The notes beneath the pieces were generated by a model that had not been told where the DNA came from, searched no databases, and was given only the letters and a program-made list of their open reading frames with translations. 64,000 nucleotides of DNA from Candidatus Multivoradales bacterium (GTDB lineage Bacteria; Acidobacteriota; Thermoanaerobaculia; Multivoradales; JAHEKO01). The stretch is taken from assembly GCA_965248055.1 (NCBI GenBank), contig CBDFIJ010000004.1, positions 160,001 through 224,000 on the forward strand, read 5' to 3'. The position numbers and the translations under genes are program-made. Numbering within the stretch: the first letter of the stretch is position 1; each line of letters opens with the position of its first letter. Positions 29,492 through 39,135 of the stretch are shown here, in pieces.

Positions 29492-30682
29492 ATGGCAAAT
29501 CAAGACTACGTGGTCCTACGCAACACGCTTCCACCTCAGGTGCGGTCCACCGGCGGTGGCATATTCACCATGGAAGCTGCCGGGTTCGAGCCGGGCCTGG
29601 AGAGCGTCAATCTCGAAGAACACTCCCTCAGTGAAGCAGAACACAGCGACGTGGTGCGTGACCCGCAGACCTTAGCGGCCGCCCCGACGATGCCAATGAA
29701 ACTGATCGAACCAATCGACAGTCAAAATGCGCAGCCTGTCGCTGCGACCTCAACTTGGGGGGTCAAGGCAGTGCTGGCTGACCAGTCTCCATTCGATGGC
29801 TCGGGAATCACGGTCGCTGTACTCGACACTGGAATCGATCCAACTCACGATGCCTTTCAAGGGGTCAACCTCGAACAAAGGAATTTCACTACCGAAGGTG
29901 ACAACGACCAGCACGGGCACGGAACCCATTGCGCCGGGACCATCTTTGGACAAGACGTAGGCGGGCATCGTATTGGGGTGGCTCGGGGGATTGGCAAGGC
30001 GCTGATTGGAAAAGTGCTGGGAGCAGGAGGCGGATCCTCGGCGGTCATAGCCAGTGCGATTCAATGGGCGGTGGATAACGGCGCCCACGTCATTTCGATG
30101 TCGCTAGGGATAGATTTTCCCGGAGCTGTTAAGCGCTTAGTTGATGTTCATGGGCTTCAAATCGAACCGGCAACTTCAATGGCTTTGGTTGGTTACCGAC
30201 AAAACATCAACTTGTTTAACTCCATGGCCCGGCTCGTCCGAGCTCAGGGCGCTTTGGGACAAGGCACGGTGATCGTTTCAGCGTCGGGCAACGAAAGCAA
30301 TCGCCCGGCGTTTCAAATCGCCGTGGCTCCTCCAGCCGCCGGCGTTGACATTCTCGCCATTGGAGCACTTGCAGAAGGAGCAGCGGGACTCTCCGTTGCC
30401 AGTTTCTCCAACACCGAAGTCGATGTCTCGGCGCCAGGTGTAAACGTGGTTTCTGCAAAAGCCGGAGGCGGTCTGGTGGGTATGAGCGGAACCAGCATGG
30501 CAACTCCCCATGTCGCCGGGGTAGCTGCCCTATGGGCGCAGAAACTTCTCAATGTGAATGGCTCAGTCAATAGTGGTGCCTTGACCTCGCAACTTATTGC
30601 GCGAGCAGAAACCGCGCCACTGGTACCTGGATTCAAATCAGAGGACATCGGCACCGGGATCGTTCACGCACCGCTCGCTTGA
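29492..30682 (+). CDS. S8 family (subtilase) serine peptidase
   Basis: Catalytic triad VLDTG, HGTH, GTSMATPHVAG; oxyanion SGNE. ATG 29492 follows AAGGAG. No evident signal peptide. Confidence 0.93.
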   Translation: MANQDYVVLRNTLPPQVRSTGGGIFTMEAAGFEPGLESVNLEEHSLSEAEHSDVVRDPQTLAAAPTMPMKLIEPIDSQNAQPVAATSTWGVKAVLADQSPFDGSGITVAVLDTGIDPTHDAFQGVNLEQRNFTTEGDNDQHGHGTHCAGTIFGQDVGGHRIGVARGIGKALIGKVLGAGGGSSAVIASAIQWAVDNGAHVISMSLGIDFPGAVKRLVDVHGLQIEPATSMALVGYRQNINLFNSMARLVRAQGALGQGTVIVSASGNESNRPAFQIAVAPPAAGVDILAIGALAEGAAGLSVASFSNTEVDVSAPGVNVVSAKAGGGLVGMSGTSMATPHVAGVAALWAQKLLNVNGSVNSGALTSQLIARAETAPLVPGFKSEDIGTGIVHAPLA

Positions 30683-30777
30683 GGATGGAGGAGGGGTAAA
30701 TGAAAACACGTTTCCGTTGTCCGTCTATGAAAGCGAATCGTTCAATAGCTACTAAATCGCAGAATCGGAGGTCAAAG

Positions 30778-32736
30778 ATGAATAAAGTCATACATATTTT
30801 CGGTGTGTGCTGGCTCGCTATGGCAGCAGCCGCTGTGGCGACTGGTGAATCGTCAAATCCACTGCAAGACAACCCAGAGTTAGTCGGCCTGGACAAGGAT
30901 TCGTTTGCCAGATTCTTCGGAGATCTTCCCAAGCCGCAAGAACATCGTGACATAAGGGATGAGATTGAGTCATTACGGGTATTTCTCGACCCTAAGTTGA
31001 GCCGTGACGGATTGGCGCGAGCAGAACTCCGACCGACCAACAAACACCATCAACGAGCACTCACCTTTCCCTTTGGAGCCAGCGACGTAACGTTTTACGA
31101 CACGGGGGCCGGCCCGGATCGCAAGTCGGGCGATGGTTTGTTCACCGCAGCGGTTCCGCTGAACCTTAGCAATGAACTATCAAGTCGGACGGGAGGAAGA
31201 GATACCCTCGCTGCTGCACTTGACGCTAGCACCGAATTTCCAACTTTTCATGGGCGGGAAATCGTGGAATCCGAACAGGAGACAGTTGTACTTCGTGATC
31301 CAAGAGTAAAACGGCGTCTGGACAGCTTGCTTAAGATCACAAACGACCTTGAGGAGATGAACGATCAGGCGATCGTTGACGCGCTCGATCTAGGTCCAAA
31401 TGAGCCAATTTTCGAGTTTACGCGAAAGCCTAACGGAGTGTTTGACAGCCGATTCGTTGGCCTGCCCAGCCGTCTTTTTGCAATCGTCAGTCCCGGAAGC
31501 GTGGACCCTGCTGCATCCTTGATGATCACTGATGTCGGCGTAGTCGAGGACCCCGCAAGAACATTTGATGTTTGCACAGGAACTGGAACCCCTGGAGGGC
31601 CATGGACCTTCGCTCACCTAATGACCGAAATGTCTACTGGCACCGGAATGTCTGTCGAGGACTTCACACTACTTTGGCTCAACACCTGGTTACTACCGCA
31701 GGTAGCGAACGGATTCCCGGTCAGTGATCCAGGGCGTGCAATGCAAATGCAAAATCGGATCATCACCCCATGGATCGCTGCTGGAGGCGGTTTTCCTGAT
31801 GTCACCAGATTCCCAGCGCGCTTGATGGCGATCGTCAGCAGACCCGACCTGGCTGACGCAATCGGCTACGGTTCAGCCGGTAGCGGAGGTGAAGGACGTT
31901 TGGTCTTCGGGCTGCTGGACCCGACCACCTGTTCACCCATGCCGTTTACCGTGATCTTCGAATACGGCATCGATGTTCGTGGCTGCCTGGGACTGAAGTC
32001 CTGGTATGAACAATGGAAAGATCTAGACAATAATGGCGTTGGCAGCGCCGCCTATAACGCAGCGCTTGAAGTCATTACGCGACAATTTACCGACCACGGC
32101 ACCAACCCCAGCCAGCTCCCCAACCAAAACTCGCTCGCGCAGCTACGTACCAACGAAAATACCCTTGATCCACTATGGCAGCTAAGGGAATTCACTCTGC
32201 AAAGCCCATCCGCGGTGTCACCGGGCACCCTGGGGTTGGTTACCGTCAAACAGACGCCAGACTTCTCCTTCGAAAATTCCGCAACCCTTTCCAACTACAT
32301 TGTCGCTAACTCAGTCGCGATCTTGGCCGACAGGCACGTAGTGCCAAACCGATTCCCTACCCTCCTGGATCCATTCTTAGGCGCAACCTCACCGACGCCC
32401 TCACCCAATACGTTTTGGCGCGCTCCGGGAGTCCTTGCGATGCCGAATGGAGCTGATCTGCGGCAGAAAGTATCCCTCAACACTTGCTCTGGATGTCACG
32501 CAGGAGAAACACAAACTTTCTTCACGCATATCGGTAGTGTTGGGCGCCGGTTTCCTGGCTCTTCGGCGAATCTTTCTGGCTTCCTCACCGGCATATCGAT
32601 ACCGGATCCCGGCGATCCAACGATCACGCGAAATTTCAACGACTTGGCACGGCGTCAACAGGCTCTTGCCGACATCCTGAATCGAACTTGCTTTGAACTA
32701 CCGTTCTTCAGACCGCCTACCGTTATGACGCACTAG
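30778..32736 (+). CDS. large exported protein with a DxG..DxxxGDGLF motif and a single CxxCH motif
   Basis: Signal peptide (MNKVIHIFGVCWLAMAAAAVA), FYDTGAGPDRKSGDGLFTA, EGRLVFG, LRTNE, WQLREF, SLNTCSGCH. Confidence 0.8.
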   Translation: MNKVIHIFGVCWLAMAAAAVATGESSNPLQDNPELVGLDKDSFARFFGDLPKPQEHRDIRDEIESLRVFLDPKLSRDGLARAELRPTNKHHQRALTFPFGASDVTFYDTGAGPDRKSGDGLFTAAVPLNLSNELSSRTGGRDTLAAALDASTEFPTFHGREIVESEQETVVLRDPRVKRRLDSLLKITNDLEEMNDQAIVDALDLGPNEPIFEFTRKPNGVFDSRFVGLPSRLFAIVSPGSVDPAASLMITDVGVVEDPARTFDVCTGTGTPGGPWTFAHLMTEMSTGTGMSVEDFTLLWLNTWLLPQVANGFPVSDPGRAMQMQNRIITPWIAAGGGFPDVTRFPARLMAIVSRPDLADAIGYGSAGSGGEGRLVFGLLDPTTCSPMPFTVIFEYGIDVRGCLGLKSWYEQWKDLDNNGVGSAAYNAALEVITRQFTDHGTNPSQLPNQNSLAQLRTNENTLDPLWQLREFTLQSPSAVSPGTLGLVTVKQTPDFSFENSATLSNYIVANSVAILADRHVVPNRFPTLLDPFLGATSPTPSPNTFWRAPGVLAMPNGADLRQKVSLNTCSGCHAGETQTFFTHIGSVGRRFPGSSANLSGFLTGISIPDPGDPTITRNFNDLARRQQALADILNRTCFELPFFRPPTVMTH

Positions 32737-32933
32737 CAACGTAATTTTGACCGGGTGCGTTCTCACGAGCCCTCGATCAAATGAACACCAGTGCTCAACA
32801 CTACTAGCTCGCTAATCGGACAGCATTCGTTCACACCGACTCCGGTGGCACTACTGCCACCGGGGCCGAATTTGGATACCCCACACACACAACGAAACAA
32901 CACTGCCAACTCTGGCTCTCAGAAGAGACTTAC

Positions 32934-33572
32934 TTACCCCATTGATCCCACCCGACGCAGTGTTTTGAGTCCGAGCAGAATCGCGGCCATGATCAAAAAG
33001 ATCCCCGAAACACGTCCGACCCAAACTCTGATCGGCCCCCTCAGCCGGCCTGCTAACCAATCGGCGGCCGCACCATAGGAGGCAAGAAAGCAGGCGTCCA
33101 GCACAAAATAAGTCATTCCTAGTCCCAACAACTGAGGCCATAGAGGCCGCGTTGAATCAATGAATTGAGGAAACAGAGCAGTAAAAAAGACCACTGCCTT
33201 GGGATTCGCCGCAGAGGTCACGAAGCCCTGCAGCCAAAGAGTCTTCGCTGACGTCTTTGTCTCTTTTGTGTCAGGAATGAACGGATGACCCGCCGAGACA
33301 ATCTGCTTGATGCCTAGCCAAAGCAGATATCCGACACCGCCCCACTTGATCACTGAAAACCCAAACTCTGACGCCATAACCAAACTTGCCAGACCCAGTC
33401 CTGCGGCCAACATTTGTAGGACGTTTGCAGTCAAATCCCCCGCCGCTGTTGCCAACGACGGCTTGAACCCATGAGCCATACTGTTGGACAACATCAGCAA
33501 ATGACTGGGGCCTGGCACACTCATCAAGAGCAACACCGTCCCCAGATAGAACAGCCAGACTTCGTAGCTCAT
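32934..33572 (-). CDS. LysE/RhtB family amino-acid exporter
   Basis: PGP motif, KWGGVGYLLWLG, QGF...NPKAVVFF.ALFPQF. Confidence 0.92.
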   Translation of the reverse strand: MSYEVWLFYLGTVLLLMSVPGPSHLLMLSNSMAHGFKPSLATAAGDLTANVLQMLAAGLGLASLVMASEFGFSVIKWGGVGYLLWLGIKQIVSAGHPFIPDTKETKTSAKTLWLQGFVTSAANPKAVVFFTALFPQFIDSTRPLWPQLLGLGMTYFVLDACFLASYGAAADWLAGRLRGPIRVWVGRVSGIFLIMAAILLGLKTLRRVGSMG

Positions 33573-33712
33573 ACCAGATATAGATTATCGCCAAGAACGT
33601 CTTGTGTCGCGCCACCGTGGATCTAAGAGCCGGTTGTTGCAGCACACTGACCATTTCCGAGGGCATCCCTCAACCCGCACTCAACCGAACGGCATCTTGT
33701 AGACTGCTGCCG

Positions 33713-34642
33713 ATGACATCGATCCTTTCCGTGGTTGCGGCAGAAAAACGCTTTGGTCAAACCCAGGCGCTTGATGGAGTCGAATTGCAGCTTCAAGGCG
33801 GCGAGTGGCTTGGCCTGTTGGGACCGAACGGCGCTGGCAAGACCACTCTAGTCCGGGCTCTCGCGGGCCGAGTGCAACTCGATAGCGGGCACCTCGAACT
33901 GTTTGGACACCGCCTTGACAACACTCCTGGTGACAACCATTCTCGATCCAAGCTCGGCATCGTCCCTCAGGACATCGCCCTCTATCCTCAACTAACGGCA
34001 ACCGAAAACCTACAAGCGTGGGGGCAACTTCACGGTATTCCCGCAAATGAGATCGCGAACCGGGTCTCGTGGGCACTGGAATGGACGGGACTTTCTGAGC
34101 GGGATGATGAGCCCGTCAAGCGATTTTCCGGCGGGATGAAGAGACGACTGAACATCGCTTGCGGCGTCCTGCATCGGCCTGAAGTAGTCCTTCTCGACGA
34201 ACCGACTGTTGGCGTGGATCCCCAGAGCCGCGAACGTATCTGGGAGATGCTTGAGGGAATTCGCAACGATGGGGCTTCGCTTTTGCTGACCACACATCAG
34301 TTGGACGAAGCACAGCAAGCTTGTGACCGTATCGTCATCATCGACCATGGGCGGGTGATTGCTGCCGGAACGTTTGATGAGCTTGTTGAGCGAACGCTCG
34401 GTGCCACACGCAAGGTTACCTTTGTACTTTCGGAGCGTCCCTCTGAAAACCTATCGCCGGTGCGCTGGTTAACCAACAACGACGGCACCCTGGTGTGCCA
34501 GGTCAAGGACATCGCCACCGAACTACCCTCGTTGCTGACCGAGCTGCATGCAGCGGGCGGCAGGGTTAGCGATCTTCAAATCGATGCACCCAACCTTCAG
34601 GCCGTCTTCATTCACCTCACTGGGCGAGAGCTCCGCGAATGA
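33713..34642 (+). CDS. ABC exporter ATP-binding protein
   Basis: [31 protein letters not shown]. Confidence 0.95.
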   Translation: MTSILSVVAAEKRFGQTQALDGVELQLQGGEWLGLLGPNGAGKTTLVRALAGRVQLDSGHLELFGHRLDNTPGDNHSRSKLGIVPQDIALYPQLTATENLQAWGQLHGIPANEIANRVSWALEWTGLSERDDEPVKRFSGGMKRRLNIACGVLHRPEVVLLDEPTVGVDPQSRERIWEMLEGIRNDGASLLLTTHQLDEAQQACDRIVIIDHGRVIAAGTFDELVERTLGATRKVTFVLSERPSENLSPVRWLTNNDGTLVCQVKDIATELPSLLTELHAAGGRVSDLQIDAPNLQAVFIHLTGRELRE

Positions 34643-35994
34643 TCACCACGCTACTGCGAATCAGTTGGCTGAACCTGAAAAGGGATCGAGTCGCGCTCGC
34701 TCTTACTTTTGTGCTGCCTTTAGTCTTTTTCTCAATATTTGCAGCCATCTTCGGAGGAATGGGCAGTTCAGGAACCCCCGGCTCAGGGTCGATGAAGGTA
34801 ATCGCTGTCGACCTCGACAACTCGAAGATCAGCGCTCAACTCATTAAGGCTCTCGACGATCAAGAGGCGATTGAGATTATCTCGACCCGCGAGGCCAGTG
34901 ATGGAGACTCCATCGCGCAGCCCTTTGACCGAGAGTCAGCACTGCAAGAGGTGCGTAGCGGAAAGCGCAGCGTAGCAATCGTGCTACCACAAGGATTCGG
35001 TGCGGCTTTCGGCAACTTCGGAGGCGAAAGCGCATCGCTGGAACTGATCCACGACCCCGCGAACCCATTCGCCGAACAGGTCGTCACCGGGCTGATCCAA
35101 GCCTCGGCCATGACCGCAGCTCCGGAGATCCTGCTAGACGGCGGCATCGAACAGCTTGAGACCTTCGGTGGCGTACTCACACCAGAACAGCACCAGGCGA
35201 TTGGCGATTTCAAGACCATGTTGCAAGAGCAAGAAAACGGCGCAACCGCAACGAATGGTGGTGAAGACGATAGCGAGCCAATTGGTCCGACGCCTTTCAC
35301 AGGCCTAGTGCAGGTGGTTGCAGTCAGTGCCATGGAAGCCGAAGAAGATGAGGTAGATGCCAGTCCTTCCATCATCTCTTACTATGCTGCTGGCATTGGA
35401 GTGATGTTTCTCCTGTTTTCGATGGCTGGCGCGGCAGCGACCTTGCTCGAAGAGGAGGAGAGCGGCACCCTTGAACGCCTGCTGTCTTCCAACGTCGATA
35501 TGGGGACTCTGCTGGTAGGCAACTGGATCTTCTTTGCCGCGGTCGGCTTCGTACAACTGTCTGTGATGTTCGTTTGGGGAGCGTTGGTGTTTGGTCTCGA
35601 CCTGTTCACTCCGAAACATCTGGCAGGCTTCGTCGCGATGAGCCTCGTCACCTCGATAGCCGCAGCCGCATTTGCACTGATGTTGGCGACCATCGCCAAA
35701 AGCCGAGCACAGCTCAACGGCATATCGACGGTGGTCATTCTGGTCATGTCGGCGCTAGGCGGCAGCATGGTGCCGCGATTCATCATGCCCGAGTTCATGA
35801 ACACAACCGCTCTGTTCACCTTCAACGGCTGGGCACTAGACGGGTTTCTCAAGGTTTTCTGGTACCAAGATCCGAAAGCAACCATCGTCCAATCTCTGAC
35901 CTCGCTGGCACCGCAGCTTGCAGTGCTTGGTGGCATGGCAGTGGTGTTTTTTGTCATTGCCAGAATTCTCGCGCGACGATGGGAAGCGCTCTAG
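34639..35994 (+). CDS. ABC-2 type permease
   Basis: TM1, large extracytoplasmic loop, EEESGTLERLL, GGSMVP; ATGA overlap with the ATPase. Confidence 0.92.
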   Translation: MITTLLRISWLNLKRDRVALALTFVLPLVFFSIFAAIFGGMGSSGTPGSGSMKVIAVDLDNSKISAQLIKALDDQEAIEIISTREASDGDSIAQPFDRESALQEVRSGKRSVAIVLPQGFGAAFGNFGGESASLELIHDPANPFAEQVVTGLIQASAMTAAPEILLDGGIEQLETFGGVLTPEQHQAIGDFKTMLQEQENGATATNGGEDDSEPIGPTPFTGLVQVVAVSAMEAEEDEVDASPSIISYYAAGIGVMFLLFSMAGAAATLLEEEESGTLERLLSSNVDMGTLLVGNWIFFAAVGFVQLSVMFVWGALVFGLDLFTPKHLAGFVAMSLVTSIAAAAFALMLATIAKSRAQLNGISTVVILVMSALGGSMVPRFIMPEFMNTTALFTFNGWALDGFLKVFWYQDPKATIVQSLTSLAPQLAVLGGMAVVFFVIARILARRWEAL

Positions 35995-36101
35995 ATTGAA
36001 GCACCTTAGAGACTCTCCAGTTGACGGAAACGCTGCGACACACACATCTAAGATCCGCTGAACTTGCGAAACGCTGAGCTCTTGATCGTCGCGACCGAGG
36101 C

Positions 36102-36851
36102 TCATGGTGTCCGTTCTTGCTGGGCGCGGAGACCTTCTCTTAGGTAATTAACGCCACCCAACTGCCTGACTTGGCGTTGAATCCAAGCTGCGCGTGAGCG
36201 CACGTTCGGCCCCGGATTGACCACCGACATGCGGTCAGGACTGGGCAATACCGCGGCAAGGCGTGAAGTCTCGTCGAGGGTGAGGTCAGCGGGCAACTTA
36301 CCGAAAAACTCCTGAGCAGCCGCGGTTACGCCAAAAGTACACGGTCCAAATTGCGCGATATTCAGATAGACCTCCAAAATCCGTTCCTTGGGCCACAGTA
36401 GCTCAAGCCAAACCGTCAGGTAGGCCTCGACTCCCTTGCGCAGCCAACTCCGCCCCGACCAAAGGAAAAGATTCTTAACCACCTGCTGCGAGATGGTTGA
36501 GGCACCTCGTGTTGAACGCCCCGCTTGATTGCTACTCAAGGCTTGTCGGATCGCATCGACGTCGAAACCATGGTGCTGCGGAAACAACTGATCCTCCGCA
36601 GCCACCACCGAAATCGCAGCCCACTCCGAGATCTTGCTCTCAGAGGTCCAGCCGTAAAACACGCGATGACATGGCTGGTCTTCACTCCAGCCGTTCACCG
36701 CGTTGCCAATCATGAAAGAGGTGGTCAGAGGAGGGGCGAAGCGTAAGAAAAGCAGAAACGGCACCGGTGCTAGCAAGACAAGGAGCGCGCCAAACAAAAA
36801 GATCTGGCGCCAGCCCAAAGAACGGATCGTTGTTAACAAGCTAGCCAGCAC
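36102..36851 (-). CDS. mtgA: monofunctional peptidoglycan transglycosylase
   Basis: AEDQLFPQHHGFD, RGASTISQQVVKNLFLW, KERILEVYLN, LAAVLPSP. Confidence 0.95.
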   Translation of the reverse strand: MLASLLTTIRSLGWRQIFLFGALLVLLAPVPFLLFLRFAPPLTTSFMIGNAVNGWSEDQPCHRVFYGWTSESKISEWAAISVVAAEDQLFPQHHGFDVDAIRQALSSNQAGRSTRGASTISQQVVKNLFLWSGRSWLRKGVEAYLTVWLELLWPKERILEVYLNIAQFGPCTFGVTAAAQEFFGKLPADLTLDETSRLAAVLPSPDRMSVVNPGPNVRSRAAWIQRQVRQLGGVNYLREGLRAQQERTP

Positions 36852-36871
36852 CTGTTGACTCTACCCGCGAG

Positions 36872-37210
36872 TCACTTCGATCCACGACTCCGAAGATGCG
36901 GCTCGACTTTGCGCTCTAGAAGCTCCACCAGTTCGTCATCCATGAACTCATATCGATCCGGAATGCCTAACGTGATCACCTTCTGTCGGTCTATCCAACC
37001 ACCGAACTTGCTACGCAGCCGCTTTGTCTGCGCGGCCTCCATGGTGAAGATCATGTCAGCCCAGAAGACTAGGTCCGAGGTCAATGGCGTTTCAGAGTCC
37101 CGATTGAGACCTGCGGACATCACCTCTAAATCTGGACCACCCGAAAACACCGCTTCGGCAGTGGGACTACGAAAACGGTTCTTAGAACAGACAAAAAGGA
37201 CTCGGATCAC
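36872..37210 (-). CDS. low-molecular-weight phosphotyrosine phosphatase-like protein
   Basis: VLFVCSKNRFRSPTAE (CX5R), SAG, WADMIFTME, LGIPDRY. GTG 37210 overlaps the upstream stop (GTGA). Confidence 0.85.
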   Translation of the reverse strand: MIRVLFVCSKNRFRSPTAEAVFSGGPDLEVMSAGLNRDSETPLTSDLVFWADMIFTMEAAQTKRLRSKFGGWIDRQKVITLGIPDRYEFMDDELVELLERKVEPHLRSRGSK

Positions 37211-37554
37211 GGATAGCTTGTAAAAAAAGCGATCGCCCAGAAACGGGTAATAATCCCGGCGAAGACGATGCCAATTGCCAACAAGATCCATCGAACTCTG
37301 TGCCAAGTACTCCGCATCCCCGACAACTGGGCGAACACGTTCGCTGGGTAAGCTGCACAGTAGCCGATATTCGCCAATACCACTAGAACAATTAGCCCCA
37401 ACAAGAAGTTGAACGTCAGGATCGTTTGCGAGTTCGGCCATCCAGCCACGAAATACCACGCAACGATCGCCGCTAGCACCCCGTTGTAGACCAGTCGCCG
37501 CGGTTCTCAGTATCGAATACTGTCGGTCACCATGTCGCGAAATGTATTGGTCAA
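37207..37554 (-). pseudogene. small membrane protein interrupted by an in-frame TGA at codon 16
   Basis: GGAGG then TTG 37554: MTNTFRDMVTDSIRY*EPRRLVYNGVLAAIV..., continuing in frame into ORF 37207-37479. Confidence 0.65.
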
Positions 37555-37646
37555 CTAAAACCTCCCCAATGGGACAGCGAATAGCACGATACAAGCATTG
37601 TGTCCTTTCTTGCCACTGCGAGCAGACCGGCAAGTTTCTGCAGGAA

Positions 37647-39059
37647 CTACTCTACGACCAATTCCTCCATCTCACCCAAGAGAGCCTGCCATTCGGGCAA
37701 GCCATGAAGAGGTTCCCAGGTTGGGTCGGTCCGCAGGCGCTCCAGGTCAGCCGGCCCGGAGTGGACCGCCTCGGTCAGCGCAGCCATCGCCTGTTTACGC
37801 TTTCCGGCGTTGGCAAACAGCCCAGCCAAACGCCAGTGCGGGCCACTTCGATCTGGGAACACCTCGTGGGCAACGCGCAGGGAGGTCGCCGCCCGGGCGA
37901 TCGCAGCGCGCTCTTCCAAGGTCCTGGGAACGTAGAAAATCGCCTGAGTGTAGAGCGTTTCGAGCACCCTCTTGGCCGACATCGCCTTCACTGGGTCCGA
38001 GTCAGCTTCCTGTTTCTTCATCCTTGCCAACTGCAACAACGTCATGGACTCGGAAAGTGTCGGCGCAGATTCAGCTCCGGTCATCGCCACCACCCACCGA
38101 CCGATTGAATCTCTCCGGTACAAACGTTCTCGACCAGCCAACTTGCGCTCGGTACGGATCGCCGCTTGCACTACCTCGGCCGACTCAATCGTAGCAAGCT
38201 TGGTTGCGTCCTCTTCGCTGTAGCCATGACCGCCAAAGTCCCGTGCAAGAGCGCGCGCATGACGCAGCTGTTCCAATGGCTCATTCGTCGTGTCGCGGCG
38301 CTCTCTAAGTTTGTCCAGCTCTTGTTCGACAAACTCAGTGTCAACCTCTTGGCTACCGGAAAGCAGGAACCGCAGCTTGATCCAATCCAGCGCATCGGAA
38401 AGTTGCTCTACCGGCGCCCAACCGTGGCGTCCCTCAAACACCTCGAATCGATGAGCGGAGCCGACTTGGTGCAGGTGCTGCTCTAACGCCATCATCTCCT
38501 GGTAGTTGAAGTCAGCGTCGCCGGTTATTCCGTAATAGGCAAAAGGCACGGTATCTTCCGGCGGCCCGTGGCTGCTGACCTGGACCCCGCCGGCACAGGC
38601 AATCACCGCGGCCAGACGGCCCTCCAAGGCTTGACCAAACATCCAACTGGTGTGCGCAGTGCCAGACATTCCAGCCAACACCACCCGCTCCTGATCAACC
38701 TTAAACCTGCGCGGAACGTCGTTGAGCAGAGCCAGCGTCGCATCCAAAGTCACCGAGGTATTGGTGTCGCTGCGCGTGCGGTAGGAACTGACGACGATAA
38801 ACCCATTGCGCTCCGCTGCCTGCTTGAACAAGTCCAACGCCATCAGCCCTCGACCGCGCGGATCGAGAACAAACACCACCGGCAAACTGGCTTCCTGATC
38901 GTAGCTACTCGGCAGGTAGAGAGCGTAGGTTTGATCGAGATCGGCCAGCGTCGCCACCTCCTCCACCACCTCTCCGATTGGGAAAGACTGCGCAATGACT
39001 GCGCTCGCGCACCATCCAATGGCGCATAGAGAGATAAGAAGTTGTAGTCCTCGAGACAT
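37647..39059 (-). CDS. exported alpha/beta-hydrolase-like protein with a C-terminal TPR-like helical region
   Basis: Signal peptide, TYALYLP, DPRGRG, LAGMSGTA nucleophile elbow, FEGRHGW, helical C-terminus. Confidence 0.8.
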   Translation of the reverse strand: MSRGLQLLISLCAIGWCASAVIAQSFPIGEVVEEVATLADLDQTYALYLPSSYDQEASLPVVFVLDPRGRGLMALDLFKQAAERNGFIVVSSYRTRSDTNTSVTLDATLALLNDVPRRFKVDQERVVLAGMSGTAHTSWMFGQALEGRLAAVIACAGGVQVSSHGPPEDTVPFAYYGITGDADFNYQEMMALEQHLHQVGSAHRFEVFEGRHGWAPVEQLSDALDWIKLRFLLSGSQEVDTEFVEQELDKLRERRDTTNEPLEQLRHARALARDFGGHGYSEEDATKLATIESAEVVQAAIRTERKLAGRERLYRRDSIGRWVVAMTGAESAPTLSESMTLLQLARMKKQEADSDPVKAMSAKRVLETLYTQAIFYVPRTLEERAAIARAATSLRVAHEVFPDRSGPHWRLAGLFANAGKRKQAMAALTEAVHSGPADLERLRTDPTWEPLHGLPEWQALLGEMEELVVE

Positions 39060-39135
39060 GAACTGACTACGGAGCCTGAGGTGAAAAGGTTCGGGGACGC
39101 AGTGCTTAGATTTAATAGCCACTGCGTGACACCTC

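Noticed and set aside
28055-37210. Arsenic-resistance GAPDH-ArsJ system with the CX5R protein as ArsC
   Set aside because: No arsJ, arsR, arsB or acr3 in the window. The CSKNRFRS protein is ~8 kb away and lacks the extra ArsC redox cysteines.
37211-37633. N-terminal extension of the 253-aa ORF 36872-37633
   Set aside because: It overlaps the membrane gene in another frame. The phosphatase domain begins at GTG 37210 with a GTGA coupling.
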